Source of the DNA: an uncultured Paraprevotella sp.
GTDB taxonomy: Bacteria > Bacteroidota > Bacteroidia > Bacteroidales > Bacteroidaceae
Length of the DNA stretch: 64,000 nt
NCBI GenBank assembly: GCA_910586505.1
Contig: CAJUGV010000001.1
Span: 156,313-220,312 of the forward strand
Direction of reading: 5' to 3'
How positions within the stretch are numbered: the first letter of the stretch is position 1; the number at the start of each line of letters is the position of its first letter. Below the pieces are notes generated by a model. It was not told the origin of the DNA and searched no databases. It saw only the letters and a program-made list of their open reading frames with translations. This document shows positions 1 to 8,943 of this stretch, piece by piece. The position numbers and the translations under genes were made by a program.

Positions 1-2
1 CT

Positions 3-224
3 CCCCCTCCGCCTCCGGCCCCGGCTGCCTACCATATTCTGGTGAACAATGTACAGGAAGGCCCTTACGGCATCGACATCCTGCGCCAGAAAGTGCAGGC
101 CGGTGCGCTCACACGCGACACATACGTATGGAAAAACGGCATGCCCCAATGGGACAAGGCGCAAAACTGCCCCGAACTGCAATCTCTGTTTGCAGCCGTG
201 CCGCCTCCACCTCCCGTAATATGA
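3..224 (+). CDS. C-terminal fragment of a GYF_2 (DUF4339) domain protein; 5' end lies outside the window
   Basis: Frame is open from base 3: PPPPPAPAAYHILVNNVQEGPY...LTRDTYVWKNGMPQW...PPPPP. The GPY / VWxxGMxxW pattern with Pro-rich flanks is typical of GYF_2, often the tail of SPFH-domain proteins. Confidence 0.75.
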   Translation, partial: PPPPPAPAAYHILVNNVQEGPYGIDILRQKVQAGALTRDTYVWKNGMPQWDKAQNCPELQSLFAAVPPPPPVI

Positions 225-262
225 TTCCGATCATCCGTACCCATTAAAACTCTGACTACATT

Positions 263-1018
263 ATGCCGAACAAAAACATATCTTTATTATCACGCATCGT
301 GTTGCCCGTAACGGTCATCCTGTCTACCGTCTGCATTTTCCTGCTGTTCGGAGACCAGGCAGACGACGACCGCCTGTATTATACCAACACGGCTCTCACC
401 GTATGGCTCGAAACGGTATTCTTCGGCTATCGGGGAGCATGGCGGCTTGACAAAAGGGCCGTGACCGCACCGTTTCTGGCCGCCTTGGGAGTGGGAGCTT
501 TCTATTATGTGGGGGCAGCACTGCTCTGGATGCTGTGCTACTCGCTGATGCTGAAAACGTTCGTTTCGTTTTCCGTGTATTGCGTCATCCATCTGACAGT
601 GTTGCTTGCCTGGCTAACGGTATTCACACTAATGGCCGAACTGGACAATAACCATAAGGAAAACGCGGCGCAGCAGGCACAACATACCCACGCGCTGAAC
701 TTTTATACCCAGCGCATGAAAGCATGTACGTCTCGCTTCAGAAACGCACTGGCCGAGAAAAGCCAGGCCACCGTCTGTCCTACCCATACGCTCGATGCCC
801 TGACCCGCCACATCGAAACGTTGCCGCCGTCGGTTCTGAACACGCCCCAAGGGCAAAACATACTGACCGACATCGTGACCCGCTGCGAGGAACAGATAGA
901 AGAACTCGAAACGGCCCAGCATGAAGAGACCGTGACCGGCTCCTGTAAAAAGATAGAGCGGTTTGTCAAGAATACCCTCATCGAACTAGATATGCTGCGG
1001 GCTACGGCAAAGAGATAA
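263..1018 (+). CDS. Hypothetical membrane protein (about 4 TM helices plus a helical C-terminal domain)
   Basis: 251-aa ORF, four hydrophobic segments in the first ~125 aa, charged helical tail; co-oriented with and close to both neighbours. Confidence 0.7.
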   Translation: MPNKNISLLSRIVLPVTVILSTVCIFLLFGDQADDDRLYYTNTALTVWLETVFFGYRGAWRLDKRAVTAPFLAALGVGAFYYVGAALLWMLCYSLMLKTFVSFSVYCVIHLTVLLAWLTVFTLMAELDNNHKENAAQQAQHTHALNFYTQRMKACTSRFRNALAEKSQATVCPTHTLDALTRHIETLPPSVLNTPQGQNILTDIVTRCEEQIEELETAQHEETVTGSCKKIERFVKNTLIELDMLRATAKR

Positions 1019-1060
1019 TTAAAAGTTTAAACCTCAAACCCTATTTTAATCATACACACA

Positions 1061-1648
1061 ATGGAAGTGATTTCACTTAAATGCCCCGGATGCGATGCTC
1101 CGGTGAGCACGGAACAGAAGAAATGCGAATACTGCGGAAACCACATCATCATACAGAATTTACGTCAGATGGAGCGCATGCCCATGCTGCAAATCAACAA
1201 ATATGCCGCCTCCTACAGAAAGACGCTGGAAGAGAACCCCGACCACATTGAGGTGAACTGTTCGATCGGAGCATGCTATCTGAAACTGAAACTCTACGAC
1301 AAAGCATTGACCGCATTCGAGAAGGCCATGCAGGACAACTTCGAAATGGCCGAACCGTACTACATGGCTGCCATTGCCCTACTGGAAGGCAAAAAGGCGT
1401 TCGTAGCACAGCGCGCCTCCATTGACAGAGCTGTAGACTATCTGAATTCCGCGAATATGATAGAGCCGAAAGCAATCCATTACTATTTTCTGGCCTATAT
1501 CAAACAGGACTATTTCGACCGCAAATTCCTGAAGACCTCGCCCGGATACAAGGAAATGCTGGATATGGCCGCCGAATTAGGCATGACGGATGAAGAAGCC
1601 GACGAGTTCTTCAGCATCCTCAATGTGCCGCGGCCTTCTTGTATGTAA
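1061..1648 (+). CDS. Zinc-ribbon plus TPR protein
   Basis: N-terminal CPGC...CEYC motif followed by TPR-like helices (IGACYLKLKLYDKALTAFEKA). Confidence 0.75.
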   Translation: MEVISLKCPGCDAPVSTEQKKCEYCGNHIIIQNLRQMERMPMLQINKYAASYRKTLEENPDHIEVNCSIGACYLKLKLYDKALTAFEKAMQDNFEMAEPYYMAAIALLEGKKAFVAQRASIDRAVDYLNSANMIEPKAIHYYFLAYIKQDYFDRKFLKTSPGYKEMLDMAAELGMTDEEADEFFSILNVPRPSCM

Positions 1649-1676
1649 GGACAACAATAGCGACATGCCTATCTAC

Positions 1677-1723
1677 AATAAAACGGGAATAGACCGGCCA
1701 GGCCGGTCTATTCCCGTTTTATT
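1677..1723. terminator. Bidirectional intrinsic terminator
   Basis: Perfect 23-bp inverted repeat AATAAAACGGGAATAGACCGGCC-A-GGCCGGTCTATTCCCGTTTTATT between convergent genes. Confidence 0.85.
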
Positions 1724-1746
1724 TTCCGCTTAAAGTACAGTATATC

Positions 1747-4700
1747 CTATCTCACCACAACGAGCTTCCCGTTTATCACATACTGACCGCGAGGCAGTTT
1801 CCTTATCTGCTCGCCAGCATCGAGTGTCCACACCTCGCAGAGCATGCCTCCCACCGTATAGACCGATAACCGGCAAGCCGAAGATGCGGAGACATGCACT
1901 CCGTCCTCATGCAACGAAACCGTCACCCCATTCTCCTGCCCTCGCACGCCACGAACCGCAACAGGATCCAGTCCCCAGTAAAACAGCCGGAAATCATCGG
2001 CCTGAAACCAACCGGCCGTGGTTCCCGTTCCGGACGAACGCGCTCCCAAACGTAAGGCCTCGTCCTCTCCCAACACCACACCTGTCACCGTGAAATCCGA
2101 CCAGTCGTTGTTGTTCTCCCCACTAACCTCCGTCAGGCGGTCTGAATCCTTTATACCGGCGGCAGTCTGTGCGTATATATGCTGATCGGTCAACCGGTCT
2201 TTGCCGTCCGTGTTGCGCAAAGCCCCTTGCAAGCTGTACACTCCGGCCGGCAAGCCATCCACGGTCTGATAAAGGTCAATGGACGTAATACCGCCGAAAG
2301 CCAGGCTGACAAAACTCGAACCGTCATGTGCCGGACGGTCGCTCCATGTATCGAAAGACTCCCATCCCGTGGTTTGCTTGTTCAGTTTCCATCCCTTTGT
2401 TCCCGCTTCGAAACTGGGATTTACAAGAAACTCAGTCATGTCGAAATATTTTCCTTTTACCGGTTGCGCCTCTTTCTTGGCGGTAGCCAGCATGGCCGAT
2501 AATCTGCCACGGGCTTCCTCCACATCTCCTACAGTACTCGTAGCAGCCGCATAACATGCTTTTCCTTCCTCCACGGTGGTCTGCAACAAAGTTCTGATCT
2601 CCGACTCACCGACTAATGCCAGAAAATCCAACGCCTTCTCCGCTTCTGTCCATAAAGCCGCCATAGACGGCATGGACAGACGGGCCGCATCCATCGCTTC
2701 CTGCAAAACAGCCGCACAGGCTTCCAGTTCCGCTTTCGACTTTCCCTCTACAGGCAATGCTTTTACGATAGCGTCCTCCAACGGAACACGGGTTACTCCA
2801 ACCACCTGTTCCGGCACAATCGTCCGGGCCTCGTCGACCAGACTCTGCAAACGCCGTTGTAAAACCGTAAGGTCTTCGGAAACGCCTTTTACCGAAATCT
2901 CATATATATCGGACTCGACGGAGGACACGGTCGTTGTTCCTCCGTAACGGGCCTGCAACTTGTGCTCCCCTCCGTACAAAGAAACTGTATAGACAGCCGT
3001 GCCGTCTGCCTCCAAAGGCAAAACTCCGATAATCTTATCATTACAAAGCATCTGTACGTATGTTCCTTCGGACGAAGCCCCCGCCACCGTAATCTTTATG
3101 TCGAAAGGCTCACCGGATGCCAGTTCTCCTTCCGGAAGATCCAGGCTTACCGACGCACCTGCAGCGCGCTCCACGGCAGAAATACGATAAAGTCCGCTGG
3201 CATGTGAACGGAGCACCGGAGCAAACCCGCCATTCTTAAACACTCCCATATCCGTGCCTTTCCACATCTCCGTCACACGACAAGGCTGGTCGGCAGCAAA
3301 GCCTAAGGCTGTCAGATCCAATGGCACCGAACAGGTGGCGTCCGGAGTCGGATCTTCCGTAAACACACGAAATTCCATGGTCACCCCCGATTCGGCATTT
3401 TTCACATCGTCATCGTAGCCGACTATAGATTTGAACGTCACATATTCATGTCCCTCAGGAAGCACAAAGGTGAGCATGGACGGTGCATTGACTCCGAATC
3501 CCTTTTCGTATACACGTCCATCCATAGTCATTGCATTTCCCTCATTATTTTTATTCAGTTTAGGTGTGTTCCACCCGTTCACGGGATTAGGTTCCCATGG
3601 GATTTCGGTCAGTGAAAACTCTTTGCCGTCTTTATCCACTAACACAGGAGCAGCCCAATCCGCATGGTCGTAGGACAAACCGTCGCCGCCGTTCGTCACC
3701 ACGAGATACAATTTCCGCACGCCGGTAACATCTGCTTCCACTTGTCTGGTCTGCGCAGTATTCCTACTGATGAATCCACTGCACGCCGCTTGTTTGCACG
3801 GGTCTATCTTCAACGTCACATTACCGCCGCTCCAACGGTCCGTGGTCTCCTCACGCATTGTAGGGTCTCCGTCAAACACCATAAACTCCACGGATGATTT
3901 GCTTCCCTGATCCGTACCGGTATTATCGATACCCACACGAGCCGTGAAGCGTACAGCATCTGCCGGTACATCGAACAGGACAATGGAATTGGCATGCACG
4001 GCCAACCCATTGTCATACTGAATGCCGTTAATAGAAAGTTTGCCTCCGTTGATGTTCTGATTCACCCCTATGCTGCCCCATCCGCATGTGCCACGCAAAT
4101 AATTCCGCTCTGTCAGCCGGATCACCGAACCGTCCTTAAGCGTTACGGTAGGTTCTATCCAATCTGCATGGTCACAATCATAACCGTCTCCATCATCGGT
4201 CACCACCAACGCAAGCTGTCCCGACTTCATTCCGGAAAGGTCCACATCGGCATCCTTGGCATAGCCGGTCGTCAAATAAGAAATCGTACCGCTGCGGTAA
4301 AGAGCATCCTTAGTATTTACAAAATCCGAACCGCCCGTATTGAACAAAGCCACGTACTTGTCTCCACTTCCTGCGTCGTCTGCCGTCCAGATAATGCGGT
4401 TGTCCTTACGCTCCAACTGGCGGTTGTTCACCGAATAATGGTGCATGTAAAGCACATCGCGGTTCGTCAACAAAGAATCGGTGGCCTTGTCATTCTGGGG
4501 CAAATCACCTCCAAACATCAGCGGTGACTTGAATATCGTCCAAAGATTCATCATCGTGTACTGCTCGTCGCGCGTAAAATTGGTCCAGCGCTCCGCTCCA
4601 CGCTCTCCACGAATACTGATTTTCCCCAACGGCAGCATGTCGGCATCGGGCCACGTACCCGGAGCAATATAGGGCGCCCACTTGGCACAAACCTGAAACT

Positions 4701-5517
4701 GGTAGTTCAGCTGGCTCCAGTTGTCCCAAAAATCATCTACCGTACGCCACATATTGGCATGTGTTTTCACATGATCCACTCTGTCAAGAGGCGTCTCCCC
4801 CGGCGAGATACTCAATACAATATCCCTCCCGCAACGGTCTATAGCCTTACGTATCATTTCTATCTCGGCCGTGTGATAAGGACGGGAAAGGTCATCTATC
4901 TTCACAAAATCTACGCCCCACTCCGCATACATCTCAAAACAGGAATTGTAATATTCCTGCGCCCCCGGCTTACGGTAGTCTACCTTATAGTTATCGCGCA
5001 ACCATGTACACGCAGAATCATTGCTGGCTATCATATCGCACGTAATACCATTCGTACCCTTCACCGGCAATTTCTTCTCGGCCGCAATTTTCGGAAGACC
5101 TCTCATCAAGTGAATTCCGAACTTCAATCCCTTGCTATGAATATAATCAGCCAAGGCACGGAATCCCACTCCGCCGGCAGCGGAAGGAAAACGGTTGAGC
5201 GCCGGAGTATAACGTCCGTATTCGTCATACACATAGATGGGATCGGTCTGGTTATAACCGCCGGCCTTGTCGTTCTCCACAAACCATCTGATGTCTACCA
5301 CTACATATTCCCATCCGTAAGCGGCCAGCTTCTCCGCCATATAATCGGCATTGGATTTTACTTCGTCTTCCACAACCGTAGGTCCGTAACAATCCCAGGA
5401 ATTCCACCCCATCGGAGGCGTTGAGGCCCATTTCTGAAAAGGCAGTTCGCGACCAGTCTGTGCACCGGCCCCCATAACCATCATGCCGGCCATAACACAT
5501 ACAAACATTTTTTTCAT
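1747..5517 (-). CDS. Secreted multimodular GH27 glycoside hydrolase (alpha-galactosidase/beta-L-arabinopyranosidase family) with two NPCBM/NEW2 modules, Ig-like and CBM-like domains and a T9SS-type C-terminal domain
   Basis: Signal peptide; PPMGWNSW, GVDFVKIDD and WPDADML GH27 motifs; two 'LVVTxxGDGxxxDHADW' NPCBM repeats; C-terminus LPRGQYVINGKLVVVR. Confidence 0.9.
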   Translation of the reverse strand: MKKMFVCVMAGMMVMGAGAQTGRELPFQKWASTPPMGWNSWDCYGPTVVEDEVKSNADYMAEKLAAYGWEYVVVDIRWFVENDKAGGYNQTDPIYVYDEYGRYTPALNRFPSAAGGVGFRALADYIHSKGLKFGIHLMRGLPKIAAEKKLPVKGTNGITCDMIASNDSACTWLRDNYKVDYRKPGAQEYYNSCFEMYAEWGVDFVKIDDLSRPYHTAEIEMIRKAIDRCGRDIVLSISPGETPLDRVDHVKTHANMWRTVDDFWDNWSQLNYQFQVCAKWAPYIAPGTWPDADMLPLGKISIRGERGAERWTNFTRDEQYTMMNLWTIFKSPLMFGGDLPQNDKATDSLLTNRDVLYMHHYSVNNRQLERKDNRIIWTADDAGSGDKYVALFNTGGSDFVNTKDALYRSGTISYLTTGYAKDADVDLSGMKSGQLALVVTDDGDGYDCDHADWIEPTVTLKDGSVIRLTERNYLRGTCGWGSIGVNQNINGGKLSINGIQYDNGLAVHANSIVLFDVPADAVRFTARVGIDNTGTDQGSKSSVEFMVFDGDPTMREETTDRWSGGNVTLKIDPCKQAACSGFISRNTAQTRQVEADVTGVRKLYLVVTNGGDGLSYDHADWAAPVLVDKDGKEFSLTEIPWEPNPVNGWNTPKLNKNNEGNAMTMDGRVYEKGFGVNAPSMLTFVLPEGHEYVTFKSIVGYDDDVKNAESGVTMEFRVFTEDPTPDATCSVPLDLTALGFAADQPCRVTEMWKGTDMGVFKNGGFAPVLRSHASGLYRISAVERAAGASVSLDLPEGELASGEPFDIKITVAGASSEGTYVQMLCNDKIIGVLPLEADGTAVYTVSLYGGEHKLQARYGGTTTVSSVESDIYEISVKGVSEDLTVLQRRLQSLVDEARTIVPEQVVGVTRVPLEDAIVKALPVEGKSKAELEACAAVLQEAMDAARLSMPSMAALWTEAEKALDFLALVGESEIRTLLQTTVEEGKACYAAATSTVGDVEEARGRLSAMLATAKKEAQPVKGKYFDMTEFLVNPSFEAGTKGWKLNKQTTGWESFDTWSDRPAHDGSSFVSLAFGGITSIDLYQTVDGLPAGVYSLQGALRNTDGKDRLTDQHIYAQTAAGIKDSDRLTEVSGENNNDWSDFTVTGVVLGEDEALRLGARSSGTGTTAGWFQADDFRLFYWGLDPVAVRGVRGQENGVTVSLHEDGVHVSASSACRLSVYTVGGMLCEVWTLDAGEQIRKLPRGQYVINGKLVVVR

Positions 5518-5575
5518 TGCAAGAAAATAATTAGTTAAATCAAGAATTGTTTTTCATTGTCATTATCAACAGTCA

Positions 5576-5583
5576 CAAAGATA
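5576..5583 (-). promoter_or_regulatory. Bacteroidetes -7 promoter element for the GH27 gene
   Basis: TATCTTTG on the minus strand, ~60 nt upstream of the ATG. Confidence 0.6.
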
Positions 5584-5618
5584 GGCAATATATGGGATTA
5601 AAATCCCATATATTGCCT
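5583..5618 (-). terminator. Hairpin downstream of nrdG (probable terminator)
   Basis: 17-bp perfect inverted repeat AGGCAATATATGGGATT / AATCCCATATATTGCCT, 10 nt after the nrdG stop. Confidence 0.65.
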
Positions 5619-5628
5619 TAAAATAAGA

Positions 5629-6117
5629 CTATTGCGCATACAAAACGACCTTTTTCTCACGCAATGACGCCTGCACGTCTATAAGTCGCTGATTGCGACT
5701 GCCGCGAAAAAGGGCATCACGATCCTGCTGCGCTTCAATATAAGGTCCGTCCACCAGCACATCTATAGATTTAAGCAAACGTAACTGCCGTTGATTACGT
5801 TGCAGGCACTCGAACTTATATCCCGTATAGCACCAAATGTTCTTGCCGGTCTCACGCTTCACAGCTTCCGCCAGTTCTGCAAATCCCTCAGGCTGATACA
5901 TCGGATCACCTCCGCTGAAAGTAACATCGGCAAACTCATCAGCACGAATCACTTTCATAATATCTTCCGTCGACATCATCCTTCCCGCACGAATATCCCA
6001 CGACTGAGGGTTATGACAACCGGGACAGGCATTGGGACACCCGGCAGCATACACCGTCGTACGGAACCCCGGTCCGTCTACCGTCGTGTCTTCCACTATC
6101 TTGATTACTGAAATCAT
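5629..6117 (-). CDS. nrdG: Anaerobic ribonucleotide reductase activating protein (radical SAM)
   Basis: VDGPGFR, CPNACPGC (CxxxCxxC), TFSGGDP and FRGSRNQR motifs; ATG at 6117 (alternative GTG at 6123); directly downstream of nrdD. Confidence 0.95.
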   Translation of the reverse strand: MISVIKIVEDTTVDGPGFRTTVYAAGCPNACPGCHNPQSWDIRAGRMMSTEDIMKVIRADEFADVTFSGGDPMYQPEGFAELAEAVKRETGKNIWCYTGYKFECLQRNQRQLRLLKSIDVLVDGPYIEAQQDRDALFRGSRNQRLIDVQASLREKKVVLYAQ

Positions 6118-6123
6118 AGTCAC

Positions 6124-8337
6124 TTACCGGTTATCATGCACCACACGGTCTTTCAGTTCCGACAGCTTGGCCTTATTCCACCGGTCGGTTGTTCCCACAA
6201 GATAGCCGGTGATGCGTTGCAGACAGTCTATATGGTCACTGCCGCATTTGGGACAAACCGTCATCTTCTGTTCTGCGTTCTCATAGCCGCAATTCATGCA
6301 ACGATTGCGATTATGATTTACCGAACCATAACCGATATTATACTTGTCCATCATGTCCACCACACGCATTATCACCTCAGGATTGTGCGTAGCGTCACCG
6401 TCTATTTCCACATAAAAGATATGGCCGCCACGCGTCAGTTCATGATAAGGCGCCTCCACCTCGGCCTTGTGACGGGCACTACACTTGTAATAGACCGGCA
6501 CATGATTGGAATTGGTATAATATTCTCGGTCGGTAATGCCAGGCAACACCCCGAATGTCTTACGGTCGATACGGGTGAACCGGCCGGCCAGTCCTTCGGC
6601 CGGTGTGGCCAGCACACTGTAATTATGCTGATAGAGTTCGGAAAATTCATTGGCACGGTCACGCATATATGTCACGATTCGCAAGCCCAACTGCTGTGCT
6701 TCCTCCGACTCACCGTGGTGATGGCCCGTCAGCGCCACCAGACATTCCGCCAGTCCGATGAAACCGATCCCCAACGTTCCCTGATTGATGACCGGAGCTA
6801 TCGTATCGTTCGGCTTCAATTTATCACAGCCCATCCACAGCGCACTCATCACCAAAGGGAACTGTTTGGCAAACGCTGTTTTCTGAAATTCCATACGCTC
6901 ATGCAACTGGCGTGCCGTTACTTCCAGCATGTGATCAAGTTTAGCAAAGAAACAAGCTATCCGTTCATTCCCTTCGGACATCTCCATACATTCGATCGCC
7001 AAACGCACGATATTGATCGTTGAAAAAGAAATATTCCCACGCCCCACAGACGTCTTCTGCCCGAAACGGTTCTCAAAGACACGTGTGCGGCATCCCATGG
7101 TTGCCGTCTCATAAAAATAACGCTTCGGATCATCGGCACGCCAGAGTTCATGCTGGTTGAATGTGGCGTCCAGATTAATAAAATTCGGGAAAAAACGACG
7201 GGCCGTTACCTTACAGGCATACTGATAAAGGTCATAATTGCGGTCGTCCGGCAGATAACTCACTCCGCGTTTCTTCTTCCATATCTGGATAGGAAAGATC
7301 GCCGTCTCGCCATTGCCCACTCCCTCATAAGTGCTGCGCAGAATCTCACGAATGATACAACGGCCTTCGGCCGAAGTATCCGTACCGTAGTTCACAGAAC
7401 TGAACACCACCTGATTGCCTCCGCGCGAATGAATGGTATTCATATTATGGATAAAGGCTTCCATGGCCTGGTGCACCCGTGCCACAGTCTTGTTCACAGC
7501 ATGCTGAAAGATACGCGCATCGCCTTCCAGTCCATCCAGCGGCCGGGTTATAAAATCGTCCACTTCCTTATGATACAAACGGGAATAATCGGCAGCATTC
7601 AGCTCTTCAAGCACTTTTAATTCCTCAATAAAACTGGAACGGACAAAGGGAGCCAAATAGAAATCAAGCGCAGGAATAGCCTGCCCTCCGTGCATTTCGT
7701 TCTGAGCCGTTTCCATAGAAATGCAGGCCAGAATACTGGCAGTTTCGATACGTTTGGCAGGACGTGATTCTCCGTGCCCGGCCGAAAAGCCGTATTTCAA
7801 GATATGATCGAGCGGATGTTGCACGCAAGTGAGACTTTTCGTCGGATAATAATCCTTATCATGGATGTGAAGATAGTTATGCTTCACGGCCTCTTTCACT
7901 TCCTCGCCAAGCAGATAATCATCCACAAAGGGCTTGGTGGTTTCGCTCGCAAACTTCATCATCATGCCCGCCGGGGTATCGGCATTCATATTTGCATTCT
8001 CACGCGTCACATCGTTCGACTTGATATTAATGATCTCCAGAAACATGTCGCGCGTCTTGGCCTTGCGGGCAATGCTGCGCTGGTTGCGGTAGGCTATATA
8101 TTTTTGTGCCACATCCTTACGACTGCTCTTCATCAGTTCCAGCTCCACGGCATCCTGTATTTCCTCCACGGTCATCTGTGCCCGTCCACGATTCGCCACA
8201 CGTTCACATATCAGATGTATGAGTTCCTCGTTTTCACCGACTTCCGTATGCATCATGGCCTTGCGCACCGCATCCCCTATTTTCCGCGCATTAAATCCCA
8301 CGATGCGCCCATCTCTTTTTACAACTGTCTGTATCAT
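6124..8337 (-). CDS. nrdD: Class III anaerobic ribonucleoside-triphosphate reductase
   Basis: N-terminal ATP cone (VVKRDG), TMGCRT, C-terminal CxxC...CxxC and glycyl-radical motif RITGYL. Confidence 0.97.
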   Translation of the reverse strand: MIQTVVKRDGRIVGFNARKIGDAVRKAMMHTEVGENEELIHLICERVANRGRAQMTVEEIQDAVELELMKSSRKDVAQKYIAYRNQRSIARKAKTRDMFLEIINIKSNDVTRENANMNADTPAGMMMKFASETTKPFVDDYLLGEEVKEAVKHNYLHIHDKDYYPTKSLTCVQHPLDHILKYGFSAGHGESRPAKRIETASILACISMETAQNEMHGGQAIPALDFYLAPFVRSSFIEELKVLEELNAADYSRLYHKEVDDFITRPLDGLEGDARIFQHAVNKTVARVHQAMEAFIHNMNTIHSRGGNQVVFSSVNYGTDTSAEGRCIIREILRSTYEGVGNGETAIFPIQIWKKKRGVSYLPDDRNYDLYQYACKVTARRFFPNFINLDATFNQHELWRADDPKRYFYETATMGCRTRVFENRFGQKTSVGRGNISFSTINIVRLAIECMEMSEGNERIACFFAKLDHMLEVTARQLHERMEFQKTAFAKQFPLVMSALWMGCDKLKPNDTIAPVINQGTLGIGFIGLAECLVALTGHHHGESEEAQQLGLRIVTYMRDRANEFSELYQHNYSVLATPAEGLAGRFTRIDRKTFGVLPGITDREYYTNSNHVPVYYKCSARHKAEVEAPYHELTRGGHIFYVEIDGDATHNPEVIMRVVDMMDKYNIGYGSVNHNRNRCMNCGYENAEQKMTVCPKCGSDHIDCLQRITGYLVGTTDRWNKAKLSELKDRVVHDNR

Positions 8338-8482
8338 CCTTCATTTATTATAAATTGAGCCGAAAAATCCTTGCTTCCTTTCAAACAAAAGGAAACCTAT
8401 ACATCCGACAACCAAAGATTAATATTCACATATACGCTCTAACCGGCATCCTCATATCCACGGAGCAACGACGGCAACGTCA

Positions 8483-8660
8483 AAGGCAGGTCTTCTGACT
8501 TACTCACGCTTCATTATCCTTCCCGCTTCGGCCGGCGAAACAGTGGACGAGAGATTTCATGAAACGCAAAAAAGAGCTCACAGCAGCGGGTCTGTCGGGG
8601 ATTCTCACCCCATTCCCTTTTCACTCTGCACACCTCAAGGCAGGCAGAGCACCCTGACGC
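8483..8660 (-). ncRNA. Cobalamin (B12) riboswitch upstream of nrdDG
   Basis: Minus strand reads AAAAGGGAATGGGGTGAGAATCCCCGACAGACCCGCTGCTGTGAG...CCACTG...GGGAAGG...AAGTCAGAAGACCTGCC, the canonical core and B12 box. Ends approximate. Confidence 0.92.
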
Positions 8661-8663
8661 AGA

Positions 8664-8671
8664 CAAAGGTA
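8664..8671 (-). promoter_or_regulatory. -7 promoter element for the riboswitch-nrdDG transcript
   Basis: TACCTTTG immediately 5' of the riboswitch. Confidence 0.7.
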
Positions 8672-8888
8672 CGTCTTTTCCCTTTTTCGTGCAACAAAAA
8701 CTATTGATTTTATTAGAAAGTTTTCCGTTTTACATTTCAGAAAACACACTAACATGCAGATTACCAATACAGTAAACAGAATAAAGCAATAAAGAACTTA
8801 CCTGAAAATTTCCTAAAACGAAAATCATCATGCAAAGCATTGCTTCATACGGCTCCACACCAGAAATGAAAACTAAAGCCTTAAAAAT

Positions 8889-8925
8889 AAAAAAAGATGC
8901 ACCGTCACAAGCCGGTGCATCTCTT
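8889..8925 (-). terminator. Intrinsic terminator of dsbD
   Basis: AGATGCACCG / CGGTGCATCT stem followed by a T-run on the minus strand. Confidence 0.75.
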
Positions 8926-8943
8926 CAAAATATCTTATTATAC

